Positions 12,925 to 26,800 of a stretch of 64,000 nt of DNA are shown here, in pieces; the first letter of the stretch is position 1, and every line of letters starts with the position of its first letter. A model generated the notes under the pieces. The model was given only the letters and a program-made list of their open reading frames with translations, was not told the DNA's origin and did not search any database. The DNA is from Octopus vulgaris (Eukaryota), in assembly GCA_951406725.2 (NCBI GenBank), contig OX597815.1:51708001-51772000 (forward strand). The letters run 5' to 3'. A program made the translations under genes and the position numbers.

Positions 12925-13152
12925 TTAATCCTTTAGCATTTAAACAGGCCACATCTGACCTAAATATTCTACCTGTTTTATGTTCAAACTAGCCAGATCC
13001 AGCCCCTCGCAACTACATTACAATGTGATTCTAAAAATAAACAACCACATCTTTGAAATTTCAAAGCTACAAGATAACATAGGATTCAATTTTTAAAATG
13101 TGAATAAATAAGCATTATATTTAACAAAGAAATCTGAATGCTAAAGGGTTAA
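12925..13152. mobile_element. TTAA-flanked MITE (piggyBac-like)
   Basis: TIR ttaatcctttagcatt / aatgctaaagggttaa; several copies in window. Confidence 0.8.
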
Positions 13153-16060
13153 ACTTTATTTCACAATGCTTCAAATAAATTATATCATTCTAAGAATATA
13201 TTACATTTCTAGTGTAGGCCTACAATGTTAACTCTATTTCACTGTCCTACAGCATCCCACTTCTGACATATGCAATTTTCAACCAACATCTTTTACCAAT
13301 TTTAAAACATCAGGCATTGTGATATGTTTCCAACTGTTTATTTCACTTGTTATAGCTTAGAAATAATTAATACAGTAAAGCAAACACATCAAAAGATGAA
13401 ACATAAAAACTATCGTTATGAACGACACAGAGGAGAAGAGGGACATTTCAGAAGAAAAATATGTTAAGAAATGTGAACAATGATGAATATCACATGATTC
13501 TTTTGTCATCACAAAAATCAAAGAAAATAAGGAAAAATATTAATTAATTTATCAACAAATTAGTAAGTATATAACATGATGGCTTTAATGAAGAAATTCA
13601 ATTTAATTAGGATACATCAGCTGATATAAAGTTTGGGATTGCTTTATTCTTCTATTTCCTTTGTATTTTGTTCTTTTATTAATCTATTGGATCAAAAGTT
13701 TTCAATATGGTCATCATGTAATTAGAGTCTTATACAAAACAAAAAGTACAGCAAAAAACAAATAAATTCTAAATTCTTCTGTATATATCATGGAGAGTGA
13801 AGTGTCAGAGATATATTGAAGAATTTACCTCATATGTCTGTTACAAAGATTTAACTCCTATTTATGAACAAATATGGGAGGTGGGGCCTCCAACAATCTT
13901 TTCTTTTTCATCAATACTCAGTTCTCATTTTATCGCTAATACTAGAAACTTCTAAAGTTCAATTCAAAACTGGGTTTACAGGACTTTACACAGATAGCTT
14001 CTTTTTCATCAAATAATTAATGTGGAAGTTACACAAGTTTAATTCAAAAAAGAACAATTTGAAGGAAATTTGGCTGAAACCTAAGTCTAAGGAACCCTTT
14101 AGTAGAATAACATTAAATAAACTGCCATTGAATGAATATTGTAAAGACAGTGCAATCAAAGAAAGCAAAATAAATGCAATAATTGTACTTGTTGTTGTCA
14201 ATGTTTACTGTCAGGTCAACCTTGAGTGAATAGATCAAAGCATTCATGCTATAACAATCCATCTTTTCCCAGCTTGAATATATGTAAGTATTTCACTATC
14301 CAATGTGTCCTTTCCTTCTTTAGATGGTAGAGTATGATGTGAGGGATATTTGGCTACTTTTTCTCGCAGGTCAAGTGACCATGTAGCAGTGTCTTTGCGT
14401 GTAAATGTAATAGTATTTAGGATTGGCTAATAGTGAGTCACTTTTTACAAGGCACAGTAATTCAGTTGACAGAATAAGGAGATATGTTTTGACTGGAAAA
14501 TTCACATATTAACATCATGAAAGTAGGAAGGTGTCACACAAATAGTGAGTAATAGTAAGAGAAATAAAAAAAATAGTGAATGGAAGGATGAAATACTTGG
14601 CTAAGAGAAAAACCATTAAGCCTGGCTTTCATTGATTTGGAGAATACATTTGATAAAGTATCATGCCCAATAATTTGGATGTAAGTTGTTATTTAGTCCT
14701 AATCCTGGACTGAGCAGACTTATGATGACAGACTTTCCAACCCATCTTTTTTAAACATCTACAACTACATTAGCTAATGTATCTTTCTTTTTTTTTAACA
14801 TGGTAGGGATTTGAGGGAGGTTTGGTAACTGTTTCCGTAAAGTTGAACATTTCCATAAGAAGTTCTATCACTGGTTTGAAAGGTTTATGCATTTCGTAAA
14901 TGTTAATATTCAAGGTTGATGTATTTCCTGGTCTGAAAGATGAAACACAGCCTTCCATAATGAAGTTATAAAAGATGATATAAGAACTCTGCAAGAAATT
15001 TGTTAAAGAATGCTATACATTATTCATACACTTGTGCTGGTTTCAAGTACTGGGCAGAGGCCATGCTAGAGCATTGCAAACAACGTGTTCATTTTATGAA
15101 ACCATTTTTTGTTGAATTAAAACAAAATTTTTTATATTACTAAAGTTACCATGTTTACTAATGTATAAGTTGCTTTCCGAATGTAGAGTTCAATCTTGGT
15201 ACAAATATTTACTTCTTTCACATTCAGACTTGATATCAGCTTTGCCCCATGCACAAGTTGCACCCCAGTATTTTCAATTAAAATACATCAAGCATAAAAT
15301 AGTGCAACTTCTTTGCAAGTAAACACAGCATGCTCCTTTTATAGACTTATATACAATAAGGTATCTATACAGACTCATATATATATTATAAGTATGTACC
15401 ACTATAGAGTGCCATACAATGGAAACAAACACTGTTTGAACACACAAAAACACACTTTTAGTTTTGCTATTTTCATGTCAAAATTATATATCATTTGAAA
15501 GTTCTGGACATGAACTTTCTTTTCATATAGTTTTATTTAAAATCTGACAGTTACATATCATGTCATGGTCTGTGGTATTTCCACACATTTACAAAGTTTG
15601 CCCCCCCCCCCCTCCCCCGACACACACCTTTTTTTTTTTTTGATTGCCTAGTTCTAGTTCAATGCGCTGAAATACTATAATTTAAGCTGTGTTGAAAGTA
15701 ATCCAGTCATAAAGAGGAATGTTTCTGCTTTATTTTGATATAAAAATCGACAGGGACAGATTAGATAATCATTACAAAATATAAAAGTAAAAATTTTATA
15801 GTTAATTTTCACTTAAAAAAGAACATACTGTCTTTGAGATTTTTATGAAAAAGTTTCCCAGGAATTCAATATGGTCATTGCTCAATCTAGCTACAATATG
15901 GCAGGAAGCACAAAGTCAATAAAGAGGCTGGTATACTGATGCTTATTGTCAAACTGACATATTCACACATGGCAAGAAGTCAAATGAAACACAAATCCAA
16001 GGTTTCAAAGATGCAGCGAAAATTTCAAGAAATGGACAAAATAACTACTAAGTAAACATA

Positions 16061-17219
16061 CAGGATGCGTAAAGTATTTGAGGACATACTTTTTTTGGAT
16101 CATTGCTGCCTTTTTTGCTAACTCTGTATAATCTTTGTTTCAGAAAATAATAATAATGGCAGCTTACTCAAGAAATGAAGAGGCATGCTGTTATTGAGGT
16201 TATAAAGGCTGAGTATAGCGATTTAGAATTATCTTGATTTTGAAAGTTGCCACATCTTTCATCTACAAAGTTTGTAAGGAGCTAGAAACTGAAGATGGAA
16301 ATGTATCACCAGTATCAAAGCATAAAAAGCATTCTAAATGCTCTGAAATCATCAGAACACCTAAATTTATCCAGCAAGTTCAACAGCCCATTTATTACAA
16401 TCCCAGAAAGTCCAAGAGGTCAACTGCAAAAGATCTCCATGTGTCAGAAGGAACAGTCAGAAATGTTGTCCACGAAGACATCAGATATAAGTCTTATAAG
16501 ATGAGTAATGGTCAATTTGTCAGAAAAAGCAAAAGAAAATCACTACATCAAATCTAAAAGGTTCTTAAATTAAAAAATCTAGGAGAAAAGATTTGATTTA
16601 GTTTTTCTAAAATGAGAAAAACTTCGCCCAAGATCAAAAAGTTAACAGAAGAAATTACAGATGGTTATGTGCAGATCCTTCTGAAGCCCCAAGTGTTATG
16701 CATACAAAATTTCATGCAACTGTCATGGTTCATAATTGTTAAGCCCTGGATAGACAGTGTATGCAACAGAAAGCCATATATGTTTCAGTAAGACTCTACA
16801 CTATCACACATGGCTCTAGTAACAGGAATGGATGGCTGAAAATTTTCATGATCACATAACCCCTCACATTTGGTCTCCTAATTCTCCAGATTTAAATCCA
16901 TTGAACTATTACATGTAGAGTGTTGTTGAGAGAGAGGTCAATGATCATGTCCATGACACCAAAGATTCTTTGAAAGCTGCCATAGTCAGAGTAATGTCCA
17001 AAATGAACAAGGACCGCTTGATTCAAGCATGTCGATGATTTAGATCTCATATAGAAGCAGTTGTTGAAGCTGAAAGTGGCTTTATTGAATAACATTATAG
17101 AAAAGGTTTGGGGTTTTTTTATCCTCATAGCGTTTTTTGATAAATAAAGTTATTATCTGTTGTTATATATCTGTATTTTTATAGACATAAATCTGTCTTC
17201 AAATATCTTATGCATTCTG
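16061..17219 (+). mobile_element. Degraded Tc1/mariner-superfamily transposon (maT/DD37D-like)
   Basis: TIRs caggatgcgtaaagtatttgaggaca / tgtcttcaaatatcttatgcattctg after TA; relic WSPNSPDLNPLNYY...IEAVVEAESGFIE*. Confidence 0.85.
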
Positions 17220-18764
17220 CATATTTTCACACAAAAAATGTACTAAAGAGCCCAAGCTTAGCATGGTATCATTGTATTGAGAATGTTGCTCATTTCTTTG
17301 TTGTTTTAACAAAGTGTGACCAAATTTTATGTAGTGGATATTCTTGTACATGTAAACTTCATTTTTCTTTGAGAAATATTGGTCAAATTTCACAAATAAA
17401 AATTATATTGTGCAATGAATATAATTTTGTAGATGATTAAAGTCAAATGTGATATATTTTTTTCCCAATTCTGAATATAGTTGGATAATTTGTAGTGGTG
17501 TTTACATATTTATTTTGGGTTGTTCTTTCTCTCTCTACTACAAACAAGTTTGCTGTAACTTACAGATGATTTTCCTGTCTTTAATTCATGTTTTTAATGC
17601 TTAAAGCAAGGAATTAGTTTTCATATTTTGTTTGTTTTTAATCTAGGTCTACATGCAATTCTGAGAAAGTGTCATGTAATCATGGGATGTGTAAAAAACA
17701 AAAGCTAAATCCCATTAAATCATCATATACCTTTTCATTTGAAATTTTTTTCAAAATGTTTCTTTTTTAAACTGAAAAGGCTTCTCCTGTCATTTTTAAG
17801 TGTGTAGTGCAAAAAAATTGGCCAAAATCAGTTTGGAGGGGAGGGGTAAAAAAAAAAATCATAAAGTTTCAAAAATTTTTTCTCATAAGAAGCTTACCCA
17901 CCTCATTTCCAAGACTGCTGCAAAAAAAGGAAAAAATTCCCATGAAAACAGAGACTCCAACTTACGTGGGTGTCCTCATCCAAAACCTCACCATTTATAG
18001 CCATTTTTAATAATTAATTAAAATTTTATTGAAATGGTGTCATGCCCCAAAATCTCAGGATTTATTTACTTTTATACCTACTACAAATGCAATAACACTC
18101 AAGTCCCTGTGGATTGTACTTTTGGATTTGGATAGGTCTGAAAACACTATGAAATTGACTGTTTGTAACATGCAACAAAATAGGTTTTACATCAATATTT
18201 TAAAAATTGCCAAAAAAAAGTTTTCTTTCCAAGAACCTGAAGAAAAATAGGCAACTGCTATACCACGATCACTATTAACTTGCCTAATTTGAAAATAATT
18301 ATCACTTCAATTTCAAAGATATGGCTAATTATTCATTTTAGGCCAACTAGGCAACATTTCGCCCAATTTGCTGACCATTCAAATTGTCATATTTCCCAAA
18401 TGTTCCTTTTCGAATGATCTCCAAGAAAAAGTATAGTAGAAATTACCTTTAAATATTTTCAAAAATTAATGGTGACATGCATACCAATTTATACCAGCTG
18501 TATATTGTCTAAATCTGGTTGAGCAGGTCTAAGAACAAAGGTGTTCCAGGCATGATCCTCCCATCTATTTTTTTCAGGATAATTCATACATTATTATCCA
18601 ATGTTTCCTTCCTTCAATTTGGCCGCTATTTCTGTCAGGCTGAGTAACTACATAGAGGTTTCTTCATTAGAGTAAGTAATAAGCTTACTTCTATAAGGTA
18701 TGGGGAACATTCCAAAAATTTTGAAACTTTTTTCAGAAAAGGCAGTGATAGTTATCTAAGATTA

Positions 18765-18980
18765 CTATCATCATCATCATCGTTTAACGTCCACTTTCCA
18801 TGCTAGCTTGGGTTGGACGATTTGACTGAGGACTCGTGAACCAGATGGCTGCACCAGGTTCCAATCTTGATCTAGCAGAGTTTCTACAGCCCTTCCTAAT
18901 GCCAACCACTCCAAGAGTGTAGTGGGTGCTTTTAAGTGCCACCAGCACGAGGGCCAGTCAGGCGATACTGACAAGGCCAC
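18765..18980 (-). mobile_element. RTE-type 3' end / RTE-tailed SINE with (ATG)n tail
   Basis: catcatcatcgtttaacgtccactttccatgctagc...; the same 3' end recurs at about 230, 22130, 29990, 34700, 38600, 42370, 46390, 47780 and 56810. Confidence 0.75.
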
Positions 18981-19129
18981 GAAAAAATCGTGTTTTTTTT
19001 TTTTAATCATTACTATACATCTAATAAGCTGAGCTGCTAGCTTTTGTTATTCTGGATTGAAGGAGACAACTGTAGCAGCATTTTTAACATGCCCTACTAA
19101 ACACTGTTCATTACAGCTGACTTCTTTAC

Positions 19130-19325
19130 TAAATGCAGTTGGGACACAAAAACAATTTGGAAAGTTGCTACACATTAAAGCTTTGTGTTAAACTGAGAAA
19201 ACTTACTACAAAAACCGATGAAATGCTCCAAGCTGCTTATGGATTAACTTGTAGGACCAGAGCAACTATTTTACACTGGTACAGGAAGTTACGCAAATTA
19301 AGTTCACCAGGAAGTTCATGATGAT
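19130..19325 (+). mobile_element. Mariner transposase N-terminal relic
   Basis: KLCVKL.K..T.T.EMLQAAYG....RATI..WY resembles the mariner HTH N-terminus. Confidence 0.55.
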
Positions 19326-20407
19326 CTCTTTTATCAATAGCACAGGTACCATCTACATCCACTTTTTATCACCGCTATTGATTTTCACAAGTTACTACAC
19401 TAAAATACTATCTAATCTTTACTCCTAGATACATACTTCCCTGATATGTTCACCCACTTCATATTTATTTCCATCTGTGTTGTGGTAGCATGTCCCCTTC
19501 CCAGTTGTTTTGGCCTGTATGGTTCCTCCTACAATGTTCTTCACTGAGAGCCCAAGACACCCGGTACATGCAATGCGAAAAAAATTAGGGTGCTCATGCA
19601 AGCCCCACCAGCTTGCATAACAAAAACATAGAATGATGGACACATATTTAATGCATTCATCACAGCCTTTTAATTTAGAGTATTCAGACAGGCCTTCCTC
19701 TTCAACCTTCATCATCTACAAACCTACAAAGTTCACCTAACACCCACAATGGAGTACTATCTAGGACAGTGCTGCTACTACAAATACAGATATATCACAT
19801 CCAGAAAAAAAATGGCTACTTGACTGATTGAAATGACAAATTTAGCCACCAATTCTTTGCAGCCATCCACCCATGGATGTGCTGTTGCCTATTCTACTGT
19901 CACTACAGTGGCCTCTGCTCCTCAGAACTAGTTGGTCTCATGCCACCTTCAATCAGATTCACCTCCTATTGTCAACCAAATTATCATCCACTCCACTTTG
20001 CACTAGTCACATCAGCCAGGTCTTCCTCACTATAGAATCCCCTCCATCTCTGTTTATTTTTCTGTAGCTGTTAACTTCAACAATTAACTCTTTCTTGTCA
20101 TATTTCTGCTGAAATACACTGCCTTTGTTTCAACTAATTTTGAAAATTAATGAAGACTTTAGTAAAATAACCCAGCCATTATTAAGCTAAGGTTTGGAAC
20201 ATAAATTAACATGAAATTTTGACAAAAGGTTTTAATTTAGATTACTTTAAAACAGAAAGTTTGTATTGTGAAACCAGGGGTGGGTTGGTGTCAAAAGAGT
20301 TAAATGCACTGTTTTCACTAAACTCAGAGAGCTTGCAAAGACCAGGGGCACAGCTCCTTCCTTTGGGCCAAACCAATAAGATTAAAATTTTAAAACATAT
20401 CTAGCAT

Positions 20408-20814
20408 AGGTGCAGGAGTGGCTGTGTGGTAAGTAACTTGCTTACTAACCACATGGTTCTGGGTTCATTCCCACTGCGTGGCACCTTACCAACCACATGG
20501 TTCCAAGCAGTGTCTTCTACTATAGCCTCGGGCCGACCAAAGCCTTGTGAGTGGATTTGGTAGACGGAAACAGAAAGAAACACGTCATATATATGTGTAT
20601 ATATATGTATGTGTGTGTGTATGTGTTTGTCCCCTCAACATCGCTTGACAACCGATGATGGTGTGTTTATATCCCCGTAACTTAGCTGTTCAGCCTAACA
20701 GACCGATAAAATAAGTACTGGGCTTACAAAGAATAAGTCCTGGGGTCGATTTGCTCGACTAAAAGGCGGTGCTCCAGCTTGGCCACAGTCAAATGACTGA
20801 AACAAGTAAAAGAG
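20408..20814 (+). mobile_element. SINE family A
   Basis: Well-conserved copy with a short internal duplication accaaccacatggttcc. Confidence 0.88.
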
Positions 20815-21020
20815 CATTCAATAACTGGAACACAATGATTTTATTTTCCAGCTGTTTACTGCTCATTAACCTAAACATATGCTACATTAATTTCGTTCAC
20901 CTATCTTGGCCTCTTTATTTACCACCAAAACCTCAAAATGAAAAACTTAAAGAACTACTCATTTAGCTTATAAACAATATAAGTATCAGGAGAGAGAATT
21001 CAGTAACAAAAACGTCAATA

Positions 21021-21421
21021 TCTTTATATATAAAAGTGAAGTTGTGTGTCTGTCTCCTACGATTTAGATTCCTAACTACTCCCACATTTTGCGGTGCAGT
21101 TTAACCAAAACCGGGTATCTTATAGTCGTGATTCATATCGAGCCCTTCTGGGTATTAGCGCGCGTCTACGATGAGTCTACGATTTTTAAAAAAATTTACC
21201 ATCATTTTTTTCCATTTTAATGCATTTTTTCGCTATTATATAAGGGAAGTAACTCTCTAAAAATGTCTACGATGACTCAACGATTTAAAAAAAAATTTAC
21301 CATCATTTTTTTTTTTCCCTTTTTAATGCATTTTTTTGATATTTTTTGGCTATAACTCTCTAAAAATGCTTATATAGTTATTTCCCTTACAAGCCCGAGC
21401 AACGCCCGTCGATACTGCTAG
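21021..21421 (+). mobile_element. Non-autonomous Helitron
   Basis: A|TC start, cccgagcaacgcccg hairpin remnant, CTAG|T end; 3' about 130 bp shared with 10238-10618. Confidence 0.8.
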
Positions 21422-21862
21422 TATTATATAAATATACATACTGTATTAATTAGGCAAGAAAAGCCAAATTAAAGGGAGACAACTTTGGAATTCTAAATGT
21501 AAGGGAGATAATTGTACAATTTATGAATTTTATTTATCCAAGATTGGACTATCAAAAAAAAAAACATTTTCGGTTTATATCATCAGAATTTCTGACTAAT
21601 AGAGACATGACAACAACAACAAAAAGAAAAACTATGTCATAAATAACATAAGAGTTACATATTAATTAACTGAATTAATTTTATTCATAAGAACTTTTAT
21701 AATAGATTCTATTTCTGAAGTTCTAATCACCACCACCACCACTACTTGAAATTAATTCTAATTATATTTCAGTTCCACAATTCACATGTCACTATCAAGA
21801 TTAATTATACATTTATTTATTTATTTATGCATAGGTTCACTTATCACATCAAAACTATTTAT

Positions 21863-22076
21863 TCTTTTACTTGTTTCAGCCATTTGACTGCGGCCATGCT
21901 GGAGCACCGCCTTTAGTCGAAGAAATCAACCCCAGGACTTTTTCTTTGTAAGCCTTGTACTTATTTTATTGATCCCTTTTTGCCGAACCGCTAATTTTCG
22001 CGGACGTAAACACACCAACATCGGTTGTCAAGCGATGGCAGGGAGGACAAACAGACACACACATAAATATAAATAA

Positions 22077-22128
<52 letters not shown>

Positions 22129-22349
22129 AACCCATGCTAGCATGGAAAGCGGACGTTAAACGATGATGATGATGATGATGATATACACGATGGGCTTCTT
22201 TCAGTTTCTGTCTGCCAAATCTACTCACAAGGCTTTGGTTGGCCCGAGGCTATAATAGAAGACACTTGCCCAAGGTGCCACACAGTGGTAATGAACCCAG
22301 AACCATGTGGTTGAGAAGCAAGCTTCTTACCACAGTCACACCTGCACCT
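21863..22349 (-). mobile_element. SINE family A with nested RTE-tail fragment
   Basis: SINE halves flank (TA)n plus ccaacccatgctagcatggaaagcggacgttaaacg(atg)n at 22127-22181. Confidence 0.8.
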
Positions 22350-22766
22350 CTACACGATTTTAATATCTTTTAACCTTTTATTTATTTCATGCTGGAGCAC
22401 TGCCTTGAAGGGGTTTAGCCAAACAATTTGGCCCCAGTACTTATGTTTGAAGTCAGGTACTTATTCTGTCAGTTTCTTTTTCCAAACTACTAAGCTATGA
22501 GGGCATAAACAAACCAACACCAGTTGTCAAGCAGTGTGGAGAGACAAACACTGATAGAAAGATACAGGCATAACTATATACAAGTGTGTGCATCATATAG
22601 GTAATTAGGGTAAATCCTAGCTGTTTCCTCTTGAAGCACATCTACTTTTTCTATTATTACAATCTGATATGTGCCCATAGTTGCTGCTGCAAGTTAGTCA
22701 TAATACATATTAAAATTGAAAATTATGGAAATATTATTTACAAAGTTATTGTATAACAAAACAGTT

Positions 22767-23046
22767 AAGTGGAAACTTTTTTGTATCATTTATTCTCTAT
22801 TACTCATGTTTCATTTGTTAATAAGAATTGCAAAGATTTACTTGTTAGATAGACATGTAAGGAATTTCCAATTAGAAATTCGTCAAACAGAGAAAAAAAA
22901 TTTCAATTTATTAATTCTATTTCTCTGTCTGACGAATTTCTAATCAGAAATTCCTTACATGTCTATCTAACATGTAAATCTTTGTAATTCCTATTAGCAA
23001 ATGAAATGTGTAATGGAGGATAAACAATACCAAAAATTTTCCACTT
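22767..23046. repeat. Imperfect inverted repeat, about 130-bp arms and 24-nt loop
   Basis: ttagatagacatgtaaggaatttc pairs with gaaattccttacatgtctatctaa, with pairing continuing on both sides. Confidence 0.9.
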
Positions 23047-23054
23047 TCCTGCTT

Positions 23055-23118
<64 letters not shown>

Positions 23119-23236
23119 GCTTTCACACAGTTTCCATCTATAAATTCACTCACAAGGCATTGGTTGGCCTGGAGCTATTGTAGAAGATACTTGCCCATGG
23201 AGATGCACTGAAACTACTAAAAGTCTTCATGTGAAC

Positions 23237-23960
23237 GTGACCTGGGTGTTATTGTCAACAGTGATTTGCGTTGGACAAAACACATTGCTAAAATTGTCAG
23301 GAAGGTTGAGGGTGTCTTGGCATCACTCACCAAATCCTTTGTGAGCCACTCTCCAACTATCTATCTGCGGCTTTATATAGCTATGGTAAGACCTCACCAG
23401 GAATTTGCATCACCGGTCTGGAACCCCTATCTTGCCCAGGATATCAATTGCCTGGAAGCCGTTCAGCGACGTGCAACCAAAAGAATACCCTCCATCAGGC
23501 ATTTGCCATATTCTGAATGCCTTACTTCCCTGGGCATGGACTCATTGAAACTCTGATATCTGGCAGCTGACTTGGCAGACACCCATAAAATTATTAACCA
23601 TCTTACAAACAATAACTCTGAGCACCTTTTCAAACTCCACCCGTGGACATATTTACAAAGTCAGAAAACAGCACAGCTCCCATGACTTTCAGAAACATTT
23701 TTTCATGTTAAGATTTGCTGAAGTATGGAACAAACTGCCAGCATCAGTTGTTAGTTGTCAGAGCACTGCATCCTTCAAAACTTCCATGCTTTCTGAGATT
23801 TGCCAACACTACAGCTGATTTTCTCCCTTCCATACACACACAAGCATGTATCTGACTCATACATTGTTCGCTTTCCAGACATTTGTACATTACTCTATAC
23901 GCACTTTCTGACAAGTTGTGGTGCACCTGAGCACTGTATACAATAATTTCATTATTATTA
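23237..23960 (+). mobile_element. CR1-clade LINE 3' fragment
   Basis: DLGV.V...L.W..HI; LYIAMVRPH.EFASPVWNPY; LEAVQRRATKRIP; (ATT)n tail. Confidence 0.88.
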
Positions 23961-24419
23961 TTTTTTTTTTTTATATCTAAAGAGAGTCATATATATATAT
24001 ATTTTATAGACTAAAAGTTTTGAGTCATGAAACAGTTTTGGAAATTTACACCTAAATCATGTTTTAATTATACTGATCTCTAATAATCATCAGATATCTT
24101 ATTCCTTGGTGTGTACATCACACCAAAATGAATATGAACTAGGTACCAGAACTAGAGAAGAAGTCTCAGGCATGGAAGTAAGGTCTAGAATGGAAAGGCC
24201 TAGCAAAAACCAAAATCTTAGTAAGTAGGAAGGCAGGCAAATCACAAATCCCTTCAGGTAGATGGCCCTGCTCAATCTGTAGAAAAGGCATAAGTAGAAA
24301 CTCCATAAGATGTACCCAGTGAATAAACTGTCGTCTAAATAACACAAAAATGAAAATAATACTGATACTTCATTTTAACAGATATATTTACCAAAATTAC
24401 ATAAAAATATCTAGAAATA

Positions 24420-25158
24420 CTAAAGAGTAAATTTATTCAATAAAATCACCATTGACCAGACAACTTCAGAATCTCCTGCAACTCTTCTGGACAGTTTCCT
24501 TGTTTAAGTTAGTGAATGCTGCCTTCAGTTCATCTTTGGTGTTACAAGGAATTTTGTTGGTCTCTCACTCAACTGCACCCCACACATAATAATCAAGTGG
24601 GTTGCAGTTTGGGGAGTTAGGTGACCAAATGTTAGGGGTGATGTGGTCACAGAAATTGTCTCACAGCTATGACTGTGTTCTCCTGCTTGTGTGACATAAT
24701 GCAGAGTTCTGTTGTCAGACATAGGGTCTTCCTCTTAACCACCCTCTTAACCCAGGGTAGCACTACCTCCTCCAGGCACTTGATGTAGGCCGGTGTGTTG
24801 AGTCTGAGGCCGTGTGGGAAGATGAATGGAGGCATAACATCACCATTGCTAGAGATCACTCAAAACACCATCAAGTTGACTGGATGTTTGATTTTTATCA
24901 CTTTCAATACATGTCCTCAGATTGACACCCAAACACTCTGAAATGTTCATACTGGAGCTTCCAGTGAGAATGCCAAGCAGTACAACATGTCATTTGCAAA
25001 TTTCTGGCAAAGTGAGTTGTGTCATGGTGCTGTTTTTCTTGCAGATGGTGCCCAACTGACCCTTCTATACTGTGCAGTTGACAAAATGAAAAGCAAACAT
25101 TGTGCATACATGAAATAAAAAATCCAAAATGGCAACAATTTATCCATCGCACTCTGTA
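24420..25158 (-). mobile_element. Internally deleted maT/DD37D-like transposon
   Basis: PPFIF..GLRLN..AYIKCLEEVVLPW; SPNCNPLDYYVWGAVERETN; TA-flanked terminus near 25158. Confidence 0.75.
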
Positions 25159-25279
25159 CATGTACACATACACAGTCATAATGAGGATATTCAAACCTCT
25201 TATAGGGATAATTTATCCAAGATACACAGGTTTGATATATTAAATTTTGAAGAGTTAATTCTTCATTAAATATATTATA

Positions 25280-26762
25280 CAGAATGGATGGTTTGACTGA
25301 GGTCTGGAGAGCCAGCAGCTGCACCAGGCTCCAGTCTGATCTGGCAATGTTTCTACAGCTGGATACCCTTCCTAATGCCAACCACTCCGAGAGTGTAGTG
25401 GGTGCTTTCTACGTGCCACCAGCACAGGAGGGCCTGGCACCGATCACATTCAGATAGTGCTTTTTACATGCCTCCGGCACAGGTGCCAATCAGGGGTACT
25501 GGCATCGGCCATGTTTGGATGATGCTTTTTACGTGCTACCGGCACAGGAGACAGTCGGGGGACACTGGCATCGCCCACATTTGGATGATGCACTTTACAT
25601 GCCACTGGAATGGGAGCCAGTCAGTTGACACTGGCCACAGCAATGATTTTGGTTTTACTTGACTCAACAGGTCTTCTCAGGCATATCATATCAACCGACA
25701 CATCAAGGGTACTCTTAAATGGACCAGACATGCAACAATAGCATCAGCCATGGCTGCAATCTCACTTTAGTTGCCACATCTTCTCAATCACAGCATATCT
25801 CCAAAGGTCTTGGTCTCCTGTCATTGCTTCTGTGAGGCCCAATATTTGAAGGTCATGCTTCACCACCTCATCCCATGTCTTCCTGGGTCTACTTCTTCCA
25901 CAAGTTCCTTCTACAGTTAAGGAGTAGCACTTCACACAGCTGTCCTCATCCATACATAACCATACCAGCACAGTCATCTCTCTTGAACACCATATTTTTC
26001 TCTCAGGGCACTTACACTCTGTCATGTATGCACACTGACATTACACATCCAGCGGATCATACAAGCTTCATTTCTTTCAAGCCTACGCATATCCTCAGCA
26101 GACATGGCCCATGTTTCACTGCCATGTAGCATGGCAGTTCACACACATGCATCATACAGTCTACCTTTCAACCTGAGTGAGAGGCCATCAGTTGCCAGCA
26201 GAGGTAAGGGCTCCCTGAACTTTGCCCAGGCTATTCTTATTCTAGCTGCTACATGCTCAGAGCAACCACCCTAACACTAAGGCCCTTCAATTCCAGACCT
26301 TGTTTCCACACTCTGAACTTTATCTCTAGTTCTGGTAGTGACTTGGCTATTAGAGTAAGGTCATCAGCATTGAGGAGCTCCCATGGGCAGCCTATCTTGA
26401 ATTCCTCTGTTATTGCCTGGAGGTCTATAATGAATAAGAGGGGGTTGAGGACTGATCCTTGGTGAATCCCTACTTCTACCCGGAATTCTTCACTCTACTA
26501 ATTGCCAACCCTCACCTTACTGACAGCATCCCTGTACAGGCTTGTACAGACCTTACCAACCAATTGTTTATCCCCAGTTTCTGTATTGACCTCCAGATAA
26601 GGGATCAGGGGACCCTGTCAAAGGCTTTCTTCAAGTCAACAAAACCCATGTACAGAGGGTTATCTTTAGCTATATGTTTCTCCTGCAGTTACCCTACCAG
26701 AAATATAGCATCAGTAGTGCTTCTGCTTGGCACAAAACCAATCTGCATCTCATCTAGGGTAA

Positions 26763-26765
<3 letters not shown>
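25280..26765 (-). mobile_element. RTE-clade LINE fragment (RT end, C-terminus, 3' UTR)
   Basis: Relic QGSVL.PLLFII, VEGTCGRSRPRKTWDEVVKHDL..LGL, tandem-repeat 3' UTR. Confidence 0.82.

Positions 26766-26800
<35 letters not shown>

Noticed and set aside
14770-14994. Possible minus-strand exon
   Set aside because: No recognisable protein motif, weak donor and no partner exons found.
19425-19715. 96-aa minus-strand ORF
   Set aside because: Looks like a heavily decayed RTE C-terminus (IV.G.I..K...G pattern); too weak to annotate.
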